A stretch of 64,000 nt of DNA. It comes from Patescibacteria group bacterium. Its GTDB lineage: Bacteria; Patescibacteriota; UBA1384; XYA2-FULL-43-10; 1-14-0-10-43-13. This document shows positions 9,099 through 20,228 of this stretch, piece by piece. The notes under the pieces were generated by a model. It saw only the letters and a list, made by a program, of their open reading frames with translations, was not told where the DNA came from and did no database searches. A program made the position numbers and the translations under genes. Position 1 is the stretch's first letter, and each line of letters begins with the position of its first letter. The stretch lies in contig JBAYHC010000001.1 in assembly GCA_041666325.1 (NCBI GenBank), forward strand, positions 265,708 to 329,707, in the 5' to 3' direction.

Positions 9099-9333
9099 CG
9101 GGCATTCCTCCTCCCATCTATGAGATTGATTGATTATATCATCATTAGCTAATTTGACAATCACAGGGCCAATGTCTAACATGGTAAGGTACCGGTAGTA
9201 CGTCCTTTGTTGCGGCAAGGGGTTTCCGGAACAACAAAGAAGCAGCTTCTTGGAGACGAGATAGCAGACCAGAGGGAAAACAAGACAAACGTGTTTTTCC
9301 AATTCAAGCAGTATAAGCAGGGCTTGTTGCACC

Positions 9334-11085
9334 ATGTATCAACGCCACATTGCCTTATATTTTGCGACAAAGGGGGAAGCGGAAAAGAGCGCGCAAAAGC
9401 GACTGGCATTATTCTCAATATGTTGTTTTTGTGCGCTTTATTTCATTTTGGCACAGAGTGCTCATGCCGCAAATAACTCCGTGGTTATAAACGAAGCCTA
9501 TTATAATGTGGATCCAATGTACGGACTAGACCCGAATGACGAATGGATCGAACTATATAATCCATCCGATAACCCCATCGACCTGATCAATTGGAAAATT
9601 TCCGACAATACAACAACTAGAGCAATAATCACACAAACAGCATTATTGCTGCCCAAATCTTTTGCACTAGTTTCCAGAAGCAAAACAACTTGGTCGAAGT
9701 GGGGTATTAAAGCAGACGAAGTCAACTCTGCCCTAGTTCCAATAGAGCTGGGATCAAACATCGGCAATGGACTCGGCAACAATGGCGACAAGCTAGTGCT
9801 TTCTGACAGTAATGGGATGATTATTGATCAAGTGAGCTGGGGCAACAACAAGACGGTTTTTGATATTAAATCTGTGGCCAAAGGTCACTCGATAGAGCGC
9901 AAACATCTTGGAAGTGATTCTGATAACGGCGAAGATTTTATTGATCGGATACTACCTACGCCGGGGACACAGTATGTCCCCCCAACCTTCCCTGATGGCA
10001 TAAGCATCACCGAGATCCTGCCGGAACCAGCTAACGGAAGCGACAACGAGTTCATTGAAATATTTAACGAAAGCACGTCTAGTGTCGACTTGTCGAATTG
10101 GATTATTCAAGACAGAAGCAACACATCATTCTCTTTTCCGGTAGGAACAGCTCTTAATTCAGGCGCATATCATGCCCTCTACAAAACCCAGACCAAGCTG
10201 TCCCTAAACGACAACGGTGACGGAATCCGCTTGCTTGATCCGAATGGCCAACAAAAAAGTTCTGTCTCCTACGAAAAATCGACGAAAGGAAAAAGCTATT
10301 CATTGGTCGATGACTCATGGCAATGGAGCGATACTCCCACACCCGGAAACAAAAATATACTCGCCCAAGTTCAGACAACATACCAAGCTAGTAATAATGA
10401 ATCGGATCTTCCTCTCAGCATAGCTAATGCCAAGCTGCTCGATGACGACCAGAACATAAAGGTTAGCGGCAGTATAACAGCTCCGCCAGGAACACTTTCT
10501 GATCAAAGCAGCTATATCCAAGACTGGTCGGGAGGAATTCAACTCTATTCCTACTATCGAGATTTCCCCGAGCTTAAATATGGAGATTTTATTACAGTCG
10601 ATGGCATACTCTCTACTGCCTTCAATGAACGGCGCCTGAAGATTCAATCAATTCAAAAGTTCGAAAATAGGCCAACCCTCAAACCACACGAAGTGGCACC
10701 AGACAGAATAGGCGAAGAAACGGAGGGAGAGTATATCACGCTCTCGGGCAAGATCACGGCCCGCGCCGGAGACAGCTATCTCATTAACGGCATCCCGGTT
10801 CTCTTTCGTGAAGGAACACGAGCTAGTGGTTTCCGCCCCAAATCAGATGATATAATTCTTGTGAGCGGGATTGTATCTCAATACAAGGACAAATTCAGAC
10901 TCTTGCCATTTAGAGAGGATGATGTTAAAATTTTAGATTCCGAGACACCGTCACCCGGCAACGAAACGCTTCCTTCAACAGGCACCAGTGCGCTGATTCC
11001 CCTTCAGCTATCATTTATAATATTTGCCGCATGGAATACATTAGCCACAACGAAAAAGAAACTTACGCACTGGCGGATAAAATAG
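9334..11085 (+). CDS. Lamin-tail-domain (x2) plus OB-fold surface protein with LPxTG-like tail
   Basis: VVINE...EWIELYN...LGNNGDKLVL and ISITEILP...EFIEIFN...LNDNGD LTD motifs; YIQDWSGGIQLY OB motif; C-terminal LPSTG, hydrophobic stretch, KKK. Confidence 0.8.
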   Translation: MYQRHIALYFATKGEAEKSAQKRLALFSICCFCALYFILAQSAHAANNSVVINEAYYNVDPMYGLDPNDEWIELYNPSDNPIDLINWKISDNTTTRAIITQTALLLPKSFALVSRSKTTWSKWGIKADEVNSALVPIELGSNIGNGLGNNGDKLVLSDSNGMIIDQVSWGNNKTVFDIKSVAKGHSIERKHLGSDSDNGEDFIDRILPTPGTQYVPPTFPDGISITEILPEPANGSDNEFIEIFNESTSSVDLSNWIIQDRSNTSFSFPVGTALNSGAYHALYKTQTKLSLNDNGDGIRLLDPNGQQKSSVSYEKSTKGKSYSLVDDSWQWSDTPTPGNKNILAQVQTTYQASNNESDLPLSIANAKLLDDDQNIKVSGSITAPPGTLSDQSSYIQDWSGGIQLYSYYRDFPELKYGDFITVDGILSTAFNERRLKIQSIQKFENRPTLKPHEVAPDRIGEETEGEYITLSGKITARAGDSYLINGIPVLFREGTRASGFRPKSDDIILVSGIVSQYKDKFRLLPFREDDVKILDSETPSPGNETLPSTGTSALIPLQLSFIIFAAWNTLATTKKKLTHWRIK

Positions 11086-11474
11086 CCAAAGCATCTCACG
11101 CCGGAGATATTTTTGCCTTATCCGGTGATCTCGGCAGTGGCAAAACTACATTTGTCAAAGCCTTCGCCAAATCAATGAATGTTGGCCAACCAATCACCAG
11201 TCCAACCTTCGTCCTGATCAAGACATACAAGATAGCTGAAGAGCGAATTGAAGCAAACGTTCTGGTGCATGTCGATGCGTATCGACTCCAAGGAGAATCT
11301 GATGTCGAAGCCATCGGTCTCCATGAATTTATGCAAAGAAAAGATACAATCGTACTCATCGAGTGGCCTGAGAGAGTCGAAGGCTCTCTGCCAGACAAAA
11401 CTAAGCATATTTCCTTTGAATATATCGACGAAAACACGAGAAAAATTACCACCGACCCGGAGAACAACCTATGA
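11031..11474 (+). CDS. tsaE: tRNA t6A biosynthesis ATPase
   Basis: GDLGSGKTTF, ITSPTF, HVDAYRL, IEWPE. Confidence 0.95.
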   Translation: MEYISHNEKETYALADKIAKASHAGDIFALSGDLGSGKTTFVKAFAKSMNVGQPITSPTFVLIKTYKIAEERIEANVLVHVDAYRLQGESDVEAIGLHEFMQRKDTIVLIEWPERVEGSLPDKTKHISFEYIDENTRKITTDPENNL

Positions 11475-11860
11475 TTTTATTTATCGACACTTCAAACTCA
11501 GAGCTAACCACCCTAAAACTATTCGGCACAGCCTCGAATCTCATTTCGGAAACAACCTGGCAAAGTCGTTATAATCAGTCAGAGGAACTAGTGCAAGAGA
11601 TCGATCAATTTTTAGAAAAAAACAAGTTATCCGCAAAAGATCTCACATCTATTCGTGTTCATCCTGGACCAGGCTCATTCACCGGCGTCCGGATCGGTGT
11701 TACCACAGCGAACTTCTTAGCACTCGGACTAAACATACCGGTCGAAGGGCAGGCTAACGGCAACAGTACTGACAGTAACAAACAGGCAACAGACAACTTT
11801 GACGAGCCGGTTATTCCGATCTATGATCGACCGCCACACATCACTCAACCAAAAAAGTAG
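11471..11860 (+). CDS. tsaB: tRNA t6A biosynthesis protein TsaB (short form)
   Basis: ILFIDTS, GPGSFTGVRIG. Confidence 0.92.
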   Translation: MILFIDTSNSELTTLKLFGTASNLISETTWQSRYNQSEELVQEIDQFLEKNKLSAKDLTSIRVHPGPGSFTGVRIGVTTANFLALGLNIPVEGQANGNSTDSNKQATDNFDEPVIPIYDRPPHITQPKK

Positions 11861-11979
11861 TATTCTTGTGGACGATTGTTTGTTGGTTCTGTTATAATAC
11901 TTTTGTTGTAATTATTAGTGACAATTCTTAACCAGCGTAATCTACGATAGAAAACGATCAAACAAAACAAAATCAAGAG

Positions 11980-13365
11980 ATGGTCTCCAGTAAGAAAAAA
12001 GCACAAAACACAAAGGCGGCAACACACTCTAAGCGCGGTCGAAAGATTGTTTTTTTTGTGCTCGCTCTTTTTTTTATGCTTGTCATTTCCTTTTTTGCTT
12101 ATATTTACGCCCAAGGCACAAAAATATTTGAAGATGGCTTTGGTGCAAAGACTTCAATTTTCAGAAATATACGGGATAGCATCAAAAACGATGTTCCGCT
12201 CAAGGGTGAAAAAGACGAAAGAATCAACATCCTTTTCATGGGAATAGGTGGTGCCGACCATCCAGGCGGACAGCTTACCGATTCGATCATGATTGCCAGC
12301 TTCAAGCCTGAAGACAATTCGATGGCGCTGCTCTCTGTTCCCCGCGACCTCTACGTTCCTGTAGCAGACCACAAAATAAAGACCAAAATCAACGAAGTTG
12401 TTGCTCTGGGCGAGAGAGAAAAGCGTGGCAGTGGGCTAGCGCTGATGAACGACACCATTGAAGATATTTTTGATATCCCTGTCCACTACTACGTTACCGT
12501 TGATTTTGAGGCTTTTGAGAAAATCGTGGATGAAGTTGGCGGTATCGACGTAGCTGTCGACAAGACAATATATGACCCTTACTACCCTGACAAAGCCATG
12601 AAGGGATACGAACCGTTCTACGTCAAAGCCGGACAGCACCATATGAATGGGGAGATCGCGCTAAAATATGCCCGCTCCAGGCAAACCTCGTCTGACTTTG
12701 ATCGTGCCGAACGTCAACAAAAAATTATTATGGCGATAAAGGACAAAATATTAAGTCTGGGATTTATTGCCAACCCTAAGAAATCTCTGGACATGGCTAC
12801 AATCTTGGGCGACCACGTACGCACAAACATTCAGCCAAATGAACTCAGACGATTTGCTGAGATAATGCAAAAAGTCGATAGCAGCAAAGTGGCCAACCAG
12901 GTACTAACCAATGGCAGCGATGGCCCGCTCGTCTCAGACTCCAGCTCAGGAACATACTACCTAATGCCCAGAAACGATGATTACAGTAGTCTGGCCGAGA
13001 TAGCAAAAAACATATTCGACGATAATAGTTCTTCCAGCGAAAAGGCCACACTTGAAGTATTAAATGGTTCCAGTGTCTCCGGGCAAGCCATCAAACTTGC
13101 AGATACCTTCAAGGATCTCGGATATAAGGTTGTTAATATTGCTAACGCCGAAGAGATATACAAGCAAACAGTCATTCATGACTATACAAAAGGGGCTAAA
13201 TCAAGCACACTAGAGTTCCTCAAAAAGAGGCTAGACGCACCAATCATCGATAAAACAGGCACAAGTGCAAGCGGTGCCGAAATAGTGATCATCATCGGAC
13301 AAGACTACCTAGACGCATCATCAACCGGAACAAGTGCAACAGGCAATTCAGCACAACGAAAATAG
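11980..13365 (+). CDS. LCP (LytR-CpsA-Psr) family protein with LytR_C domain
   Basis: TDSIM, SVPRDLYV, SDFDRAERQQ, EVLNGS...IIIGQDY. Confidence 0.92.
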   Translation: MVSSKKKAQNTKAATHSKRGRKIVFFVLALFFMLVISFFAYIYAQGTKIFEDGFGAKTSIFRNIRDSIKNDVPLKGEKDERINILFMGIGGADHPGGQLTDSIMIASFKPEDNSMALLSVPRDLYVPVADHKIKTKINEVVALGEREKRGSGLALMNDTIEDIFDIPVHYYVTVDFEAFEKIVDEVGGIDVAVDKTIYDPYYPDKAMKGYEPFYVKAGQHHMNGEIALKYARSRQTSSDFDRAERQQKIIMAIKDKILSLGFIANPKKSLDMATILGDHVRTNIQPNELRRFAEIMQKVDSSKVANQVLTNGSDGPLVSDSSSGTYYLMPRNDDYSSLAEIAKNIFDDNSSSSEKATLEVLNGSSVSGQAIKLADTFKDLGYKVVNIANAEEIYKQTVIHDYTKGAKSSTLEFLKKRLDAPIIDKTGTSASGAEIVIIIGQDYLDASSTGTSATGNSAQRK

Positions 13366-13405
13366 ACCAACAAAGAACATCCAATCATAATATTCTGTTA
13401 CCAAA

Positions 13406-13969
13406 ATGGCCTTCTTGTATCATAAATTAACGCGCAGATTGCTACTCAGCTTGATTTTGGTATGGAGTGTGGCATCATTTCTGGTACTTAATCCATTGTG
13501 GGTTGCACGTATTAGCATTCTGGCACTCGGTGCGCTCGGACTTGCCTTGACGTGGGCAGAGATTGCGCCTCTTTTTCTGCTTATTTTTCTTGCGTTCTCC
13601 ACTTCGTACGCTTTCTATGGATTCTTCTTCCAATACAACCTTCCAACATGGCTGATCATGATCTCAATACTTGTCATCTTTGGCTATATTTTTACCTACA
13701 CAGAACAAAAAACCGGAATACTTGGCAACAAGAGACTGATTTATCTGATCTTGTTTTCCTTGGTCGTGCTCGAAGTGTTCCTCGTTTTGAGTTACTTTAT
13801 GATAAACCCCTTGAGTCAGAGCCTGATAATAGCTGCAACTGCCTATCTTTTTGCTGGATTCTGTTTCTCAATATTGGCAAAAAGAGATGACACCAGTCTA
13901 AAAACATATCTGTGGGTTGCAATCTCTGCCATCTCTGCGATACTCTTAACGTCATCGTGGAGCTATTAG
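13406..13969 (+). CDS. Multi-pass membrane protein, unknown function
   Basis: 187-aa hydrophobic ORF in operon position. Confidence 0.7.
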   Translation: MAFLYHKLTRRLLLSLILVWSVASFLVLNPLWVARISILALGALGLALTWAEIAPLFLLIFLAFSTSYAFYGFFFQYNLPTWLIMISILVIFGYIFTYTEQKTGILGNKRLIYLILFSLVVLEVFLVLSYFMINPLSQSLIIAATAYLFAGFCFSILAKRDDTSLKTYLWVAISAISAILLTSSWSY

Positions 13970-14158
13970 GCCAACTAGATGGATGTTATATGACCAGCAC
14001 CTAGCACGGAACAGACACCTCGAGCGATAAAGCCCGGCTTATAACCATATATTAACCAAGAAGATTTGACCTGAGTACAAGGAACAACTATTGGCTCGCA
14101 GTGAAGCCATGACTTGCCCCAATCACATCAAATCCTCTATAATGGCAAAAAGGAAATT

Positions 14159-15148
14159 ATGAAGAAAATTAAACATCTCGGGAAAAAAGCCAGAAATATC
14201 GCGACTAAACTTGCTCAACGCTTTAGCGCCGTTGCGCCGAAACTGAAGGGGCTTCGTGACAAAAAAGTGTTCCGCGCTCTCATCGCCTCACTACCAGTCT
14301 TGGCCATTATAATTGCCCTGACACAAGTAGTTTTTGCTGTCATGATCTACGGCTTCAAGAAAGAAGACAAGGTTACCAGAGCAGTGGCAGCAGTCATCCC
14401 CTACCCTATAGCCATAGTCAATACACAAACCGTCTCGTACAAAGAGTATCTGAACGAGAAGGATTACATTCGCCATTTCTACAGCACCACCAAACAGGAA
14501 GACGTCAATTTATCAGAGATCGATAAACAAATTCTAGATCAGCTGGTCGAAAATAAGATTATTAATTCTCAAGCGGGACGATATGATGTAAAGGTCACCG
14601 AAGAGGACATCGACAACGCATTGAATTCAATAATTGATCAAAACGGCGGAAAACAAAATGTCGAGAAAGTTCTAAACGATCTCTATGGCATCGACCTGAA
14701 CACCTTCAAGCGACTGATTCGCCACCAGCTCCTACGCGACAAGATCAACAGCGAACTAATAACCCATGTCACCGCTCGCCATATCCTTGTTCGCGTTGAC
14801 AAGGATGCCCCGGAGGACAAGGTCAACGAAGCCAAGACCAAAATTGATGGTTATCTCAACGAAATTAAAAATGGCGCCGATTTTGCCGAAACAGCAAAGA
14901 AGAATTCTGAGGATATTGGAAGCAATGAGCAGGGAGGCGAGTTAGAACCATTCGCTCGAGGCGAGATGGTTGAAGAGTTCTCCAACGCTGCGTTCTCTAT
15001 GGCGGTGGGTGAAATTTCATCTCCCATTAGGACTGAGTTCGGTTGGCACATCATTAAAGTTGAGGCAAAAGAAGGCAAAATTGATAAAAAGTTCACTGAT
15101 TGGATCGACGAAGCCAAAAACAAATCAGTAATCAAAAAGCTTATTTAG
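14159..15148 (+). CDS. PrsA/SurA-like parvulin peptidyl-prolyl isomerase
   Basis: ARHILV, FAETAKKNSED, GGEL, EFGWHIIKV. Confidence 0.9.
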   Translation: MKKIKHLGKKARNIATKLAQRFSAVAPKLKGLRDKKVFRALIASLPVLAIIIALTQVVFAVMIYGFKKEDKVTRAVAAVIPYPIAIVNTQTVSYKEYLNEKDYIRHFYSTTKQEDVNLSEIDKQILDQLVENKIINSQAGRYDVKVTEEDIDNALNSIIDQNGGKQNVEKVLNDLYGIDLNTFKRLIRHQLLRDKINSELITHVTARHILVRVDKDAPEDKVNEAKTKIDGYLNEIKNGADFAETAKKNSEDIGSNEQGGELEPFARGEMVEEFSNAAFSMAVGEISSPIRTEFGWHIIKVEAKEGKIDKKFTDWIDEAKNKSVIKKLI

Positions 15149-15277
15149 ATGCCAACCAAACGAATTATTATCTTAGTGATAGCTATATTGGCTATAACCG
15201 TAGCACTGTTTGGTGTATCTGACATTTTTTCATCTTTGCACCCACAACCAATACGCCAAAGTAAGGAGATTAGATAA
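15149..15277 (+). CDS. Small single-TM protein (42 aa)
   Basis: MPTKRIIILVIAILAITVALFGVSDIFSSLHPQPIRQSKEIR; starts directly after the PPIase stop and ends 1 nt before the next ATG. Confidence 0.55.
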   Translation: MPTKRIIILVIAILAITVALFGVSDIFSSLHPQPIRQSKEIR

Positions 15278-15278
15278 A

Positions 15279-16256
15279 ATGGACTATCAAGCGATACTGA
15301 CAAGGGCCTTCAATATCATTAAGAGACATCGCTTCCTGTGGCTACTTGGCCTGTTTACCGGCGGTGCAGTGCCTAATTGGCAATTTGGCAACACTAACTA
15401 TACCCCCACCGAATCTGATCTTGAGAAGCTAAGGAACTGGCAAGAGAACATTCCCATCAAACTACCCTCAACCGACTTGGTTCGAGCTGATGGCGCTGAA
15501 AGTCTGGGAAAAGTACTTGGTGATTCAGCTCAGTCCATAGTCGGTACGGACTTTTTTTGGCCGATCTTAGTTACTCTGCTCATAATATCAGGGATCGCAA
15601 TCTACCTCTCGACTACCGCCCGAAGCGCAATAATTAGGTCTGTATACCTTATCGACAAGGGCAAGGCGATTACGCTCGGTGAGTCTTGGCGCATAGGGCA
15701 CAAATACTTTTGGCGTCAACTTAGCCTTTCTGTCATTGTTTCCGCGCTGATCGTATTGCCGCTGCTCCTCATGGTAACACCGATCGTGCTGCTCGCTATC
15801 TTTGTTCCCAGTAACTACGCTCTGATACCGTCAGTTATCCTGTTTGCCATCATCATGATTGGCTTCATGATTTATGTGAGCCTAGTAACACCCTACGCCC
15901 AAAGAATGCTTATAATAGAAAACAAACGACCGCTTGAATCCATAATTGCTAGTATTAAGTTCTTTAATCAGTCATGGTTGCAATTTGTCGGACTCTATTT
16001 CATCTTGATGGCACTCAACATTGCCGCCGGCATTGTCTTTGTCCTGGCTCTCCTCGTTGCCATTGCGATACTTTTCGCTATTGGTGCAGCCATCAACACA
16101 ATGAGCTCAATTGCATTAGCAGTTTACGCATCAATTGCAGTTGTCGCGGTTATCGTCACCCTGTTGGTTTATGGCGGAATTATAAGTGCATTCTCCTCCA
16201 CCAGCACAACCCTCGCCTTTCTCGATCGTAAAAAAAGCACCAAAACCGCCTCTTAA
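15279..16256 (+). CDS. Multi-pass membrane protein
   Basis: MDYQAILTRAFNIIKRHRFLWLLGLF start with SD AAGGAG; several TM helices. Confidence 0.8.
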   Translation: MDYQAILTRAFNIIKRHRFLWLLGLFTGGAVPNWQFGNTNYTPTESDLEKLRNWQENIPIKLPSTDLVRADGAESLGKVLGDSAQSIVGTDFFWPILVTLLIISGIAIYLSTTARSAIIRSVYLIDKGKAITLGESWRIGHKYFWRQLSLSVIVSALIVLPLLLMVTPIVLLAIFVPSNYALIPSVILFAIIMIGFMIYVSLVTPYAQRMLIIENKRPLESIIASIKFFNQSWLQFVGLYFILMALNIAAGIVFVLALLVAIAILFAIGAAINTMSSIALAVYASIAVVAVIVTLLVYGGIISAFSSTSTTLAFLDRKKSTKTAS

Positions 16257-16358
16257 CACCGAAACATTGACCTTATATGCCACCATTGACAATACGATGG
16301 TTTTGTTTTATAGTAGCGACAATATCCCAGTCGTTTGCCCAAGAACGGAGGTGCGGTG

Positions 16359-16586
16359 ATGGGATGGATAGGAGCGCTCTGGACCATGATCTTCGGCCAG
16401 AACACGCCCGAACAGGCATTGCCTGCGGCAACGCGGCAGCCCACAACACAAAATCCTCGCGATGTCGGCTACACGGCCGACGGCGACACATTCAGTGTCC
16501 CTGAGATAAGCGCAGTCGAGCTGACAGAGCGACGAGCTGCGATTATCCTACTATCCGACGCAGAGATGTGCGAGGGTGTCGGATAG
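16359..16586 (+). CDS. Orphan hypothetical protein
   Basis: TTGACA-N17-TATAGT promoter at 16286, SD GGAGG. Confidence 0.5.
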   Translation: MGWIGALWTMIFGQNTPEQALPAATRQPTTQNPRDVGYTADGDTFSVPEISAVELTERRAAIILLSDAEMCEGVG

Positions 16587-16732
16587 GCCCCACACGGCCA
16601 GGACTGGACCTAGTCTACCAAGACGAAATCCACCTGGCCTGATTTTTATCCCGGATCAAGGTTGAATTTTATACTCAATAATGCTAGAATTATTTGTGTT
16701 AATATTCCAGAAGTGAAAGACCAGTCAATTGC

Positions 16733-16809
16733 GGGGGCGTAGCTCAGTTGGTTAGAGCGCCTCCCTGTCACGGAGGAGGTCGCCGGTTCGAGCCCGGTCG
16801 CTCCCGCCA
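16733..16809 (+). tRNA. tRNA-Asp(GTC)
   Basis: GGGGGCG...CCTCC-CTGTCAC-GGAGG...GGTTCGAGCCC...GCCA. Confidence 0.97.
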
Positions 16810-16996
16810 GTTGACTGATTTTCAGCAGAGAGAATGAAGCTTCCAAGCTTCATTTTTTGTTTGCAAAGAAAATAAATCGCTGGTTGAACTAATTACAATT
16901 TTAGGCGCTATCTTGACTTTTCATCTGTTGTGTGCTATAATCATGGATGTCTTGTTTGGTGGGAGCGTTCAATCTGCCGACAGAGGGGATATCGCA

Positions 16997-17470
16997 ATGA
17001 GAAACATCGCCAGAACCACTGCCGTCGTACTGATCTTCGCCGCCGGCTTCATCGCCGGCACCTATCACGGTTTCTGCTACGACGACTACACCACGCTCAG
17101 CATACTTGCCGGATCACCGGACAAGATCGAGCATGAGTGGTGGACAAAGGTCCCGCAGGCCTGGTACACGATCGCCACCCTTGCTCTGCTTGCCTTTGCT
17201 GGGCTGATCTACGCTCTGACGCGCAAGCCGAAGGATCAGGAACATACCTGCACGTGCACCGGCGGTGGATGCGGCAAGTCGGCACAGGTTACTTTCTCGA
17301 TGAAAGAAGCCGTCCAGCCAGAGTTCAGGGACGAGCATATCACGAGCATCACGTACGAAATGCTCAACGAATCGACCCGGGCAGCTATCAGGGCGGCCGG
17401 GCACGGAAGCATCGTCGCTCATGGGCACGGGCTGGAAACGCGGAAAACGATCTGCCCGCCGAGCACATAG
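16997..17470 (+). CDS. Orphan membrane protein with Cys cluster
   Basis: TTGACT-N17-TATAAT promoter at 16913; two TM segments; HTCTCTGGGCG; visibly GC-rich. Confidence 0.6.
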   Translation: MRNIARTTAVVLIFAAGFIAGTYHGFCYDDYTTLSILAGSPDKIEHEWWTKVPQAWYTIATLALLAFAGLIYALTRKPKDQEHTCTCTGGGCGKSAQVTFSMKEAVQPEFRDEHITSITYEMLNESTRAAIRAAGHGSIVAHGHGLETRKTICPPST

Positions 17471-17499
17471 GACAGAAACAACCCTTGAGCACCAGCTCA

Positions 17500-17530
17500 C
17501 CGGCGTCCCCCGTGGATGCCGGCTTTTTTT
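17500..17530 (+). terminator. Intrinsic terminator
   Basis: CCGGCGTCC-CCCGT-GGATGCCGG plus T-run. Confidence 0.75.
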
Positions 17531-17546
17531 ATTTTTTATCAATACT

Positions 17547-17710
17547 TTACTCTACTAACCCAAGTAGTTCTTCGCGAACTTTGCCGTTTGAGATTAATGC
17601 ACTATTTATCTCCGTGTCATAGCGCTGATCCTTGCCAAAGAAATCCATCGCTCTTCCTCCTGCCTCTTCGATAATTACCTTTAGGGCAGCGACGTCATAG
17701 AAAAAGCTTA
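17547..17710 (-). pseudogene. 3' remnant of an inositol-monophosphatase-family gene
   Basis: Minus frame reads FYDVAALKVIIEEAGGRAMDFFG...ISNGKVREELLGLVE* (IMPase DxAAxxxIxxEAGG motif); no N-terminal part present. Confidence 0.75.
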
Positions 17711-17798
17711 CCCAAACAGAACTTTTGTTGACAGCTCTTTTTTTATTTGCTACGCTCGAGAGTCACCGATTTGGTTTATTATTGTCGAAGGAGCAACA

Positions 17799-18086
17799 AT
17801 GAATCCAGCATACGGCGGCAGTATGACTGTCACCGAGAGTGCTGGAAACTTTGTTTCCGGAGTTCAATTTAACAATAAGATCGTATCTCTTGGTGATATC
17901 ATCATTTCGGCAGGGAACTCAACGGCGGTTCCCCCGAAAGGCTCCCGGGCAGTAGTCTTTGGGATCGAGCGCGAAAAAAGCGCGCCAGCCAGCTACATCA
18001 TCGTAGCTCGCTGCCGCGACGGAGCGGTTTACCGCTTCGCACTCGACCAAATTGACTTCTCGTCCAGGGCCTGCCACCTTCTTTAG
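17799..18086 (+). CDS. Orphan hypothetical protein
   Basis: TTGACA-N17-TACGCT promoter at 17728, SD AAGGAG, own terminator. Confidence 0.6.
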   Translation: MNPAYGGSMTVTESAGNFVSGVQFNNKIVSLGDIIISAGNSTAVPPKGSRAVVFGIEREKSAPASYIIVARCRDGAVYRFALDQIDFSSRACHLL

Positions 18087-18103
18087 CCGTTTTCCCGTAC
18101 CAC

Positions 18104-18130
18104 AGGGGCCTGCACAGGCCCCCTTTTTTT
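18104..18130 (+). terminator. Intrinsic terminator
   Basis: AGGGGCCTG-CA-CAGGCCCCC plus T-run. Confidence 0.75.
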
Positions 18131-18205
18131 GTCACATGCATGACAGTATAAACTCGGTGTCTAGAAAGAGTTTTCAACTCGTAACAAAGGGCACAATGCC
18201 CTTTG

Positions 18206-18547
18206 TTATGCAGCCAGTTCGACGATACTCGTCTGGTCCCTGGCAGAAATAACAGCGCCCATCAGGCGGCCATCGTCATCTTCAATAGACTGAATTTCTT
18301 GCGGCGACTCAATATAGTGGAAAAGATTGTCCGGATTATCCCCTTCCTCCCCGGTAACGATCTTGACACCCTGAACTATATCCCCGGAACAGTCACCTTC
18401 AAAAGCTACCAATGGCTGTTTGCTTAGCAGCTTCTCGCCTTCCTGGGGAGTTTGCACAGTAAGCTTAACTCGCTTCCCCTCATTTTCTTTGGCAAAGCGC
18501 ATCAGAAAATCGACCCATCCACTTTGCGGGATATCCTTACGCATCAC
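18206..18547 (-). CDS. DUF5335-like protein
   Basis: IPQSGWVDFLMRFAKENEG...PLVAF...HYIESP pattern; SD GAGGAG. Confidence 0.7.
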   Translation of the reverse strand: MMRKDIPQSGWVDFLMRFAKENEGKRVKLTVQTPQEGEKLLSKQPLVAFEGDCSGDIVQGVKIVTGEEGDNPDNLFHYIESPQEIQSIEDDDGRLMGAVISARDQTSIVELAA

Positions 18548-18573
18548 TCCTCCTCATTGGACTGTTTATGGTA

Positions 18574-18744
18574 CTATTTTTTCTTTGCACTGTATTCCTT
18601 GACCTCAACGCCACCCGTATAGTCGTTCTCCTCAACCTCGACAACATGATGATCCGGATTATTGTCCATGTGATTCATTGCTTCCGCTGGTGATGTGCTC
18701 ATGAAGGAACAAGTTTCCTCAGCGCATGCATACTTTTTTGGCAT
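18574..18744 (-). CDS. Small putative C2H2-type zinc-binding protein (56 aa)
   Basis: MPKKYACAEETCSFMSTSPAEAMNHMDNNPDHH: Y-x-C-x4-C-x12-H-x6-H. Confidence 0.6.
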   Translation of the reverse strand: MPKKYACAEETCSFMSTSPAEAMNHMDNNPDHHVVEVEENDYTGGVEVKEYSAKKK

Positions 18745-18877
18745 ATAACCCACTCTCCCTGCTACACAGATTGATTTATGCAACAGAATTGAATATTAAT
18801 ACTTGCGCCACAAAACATCTTAATTATATCAAGCAAAGGGAAAAAATAGTTTTGAAAGCTATTGCCTTTGCACATAA

Positions 18878-20212
<1,335 letters not shown>

Positions 20213-20228
20213 CCGACTTGCAAAAACC

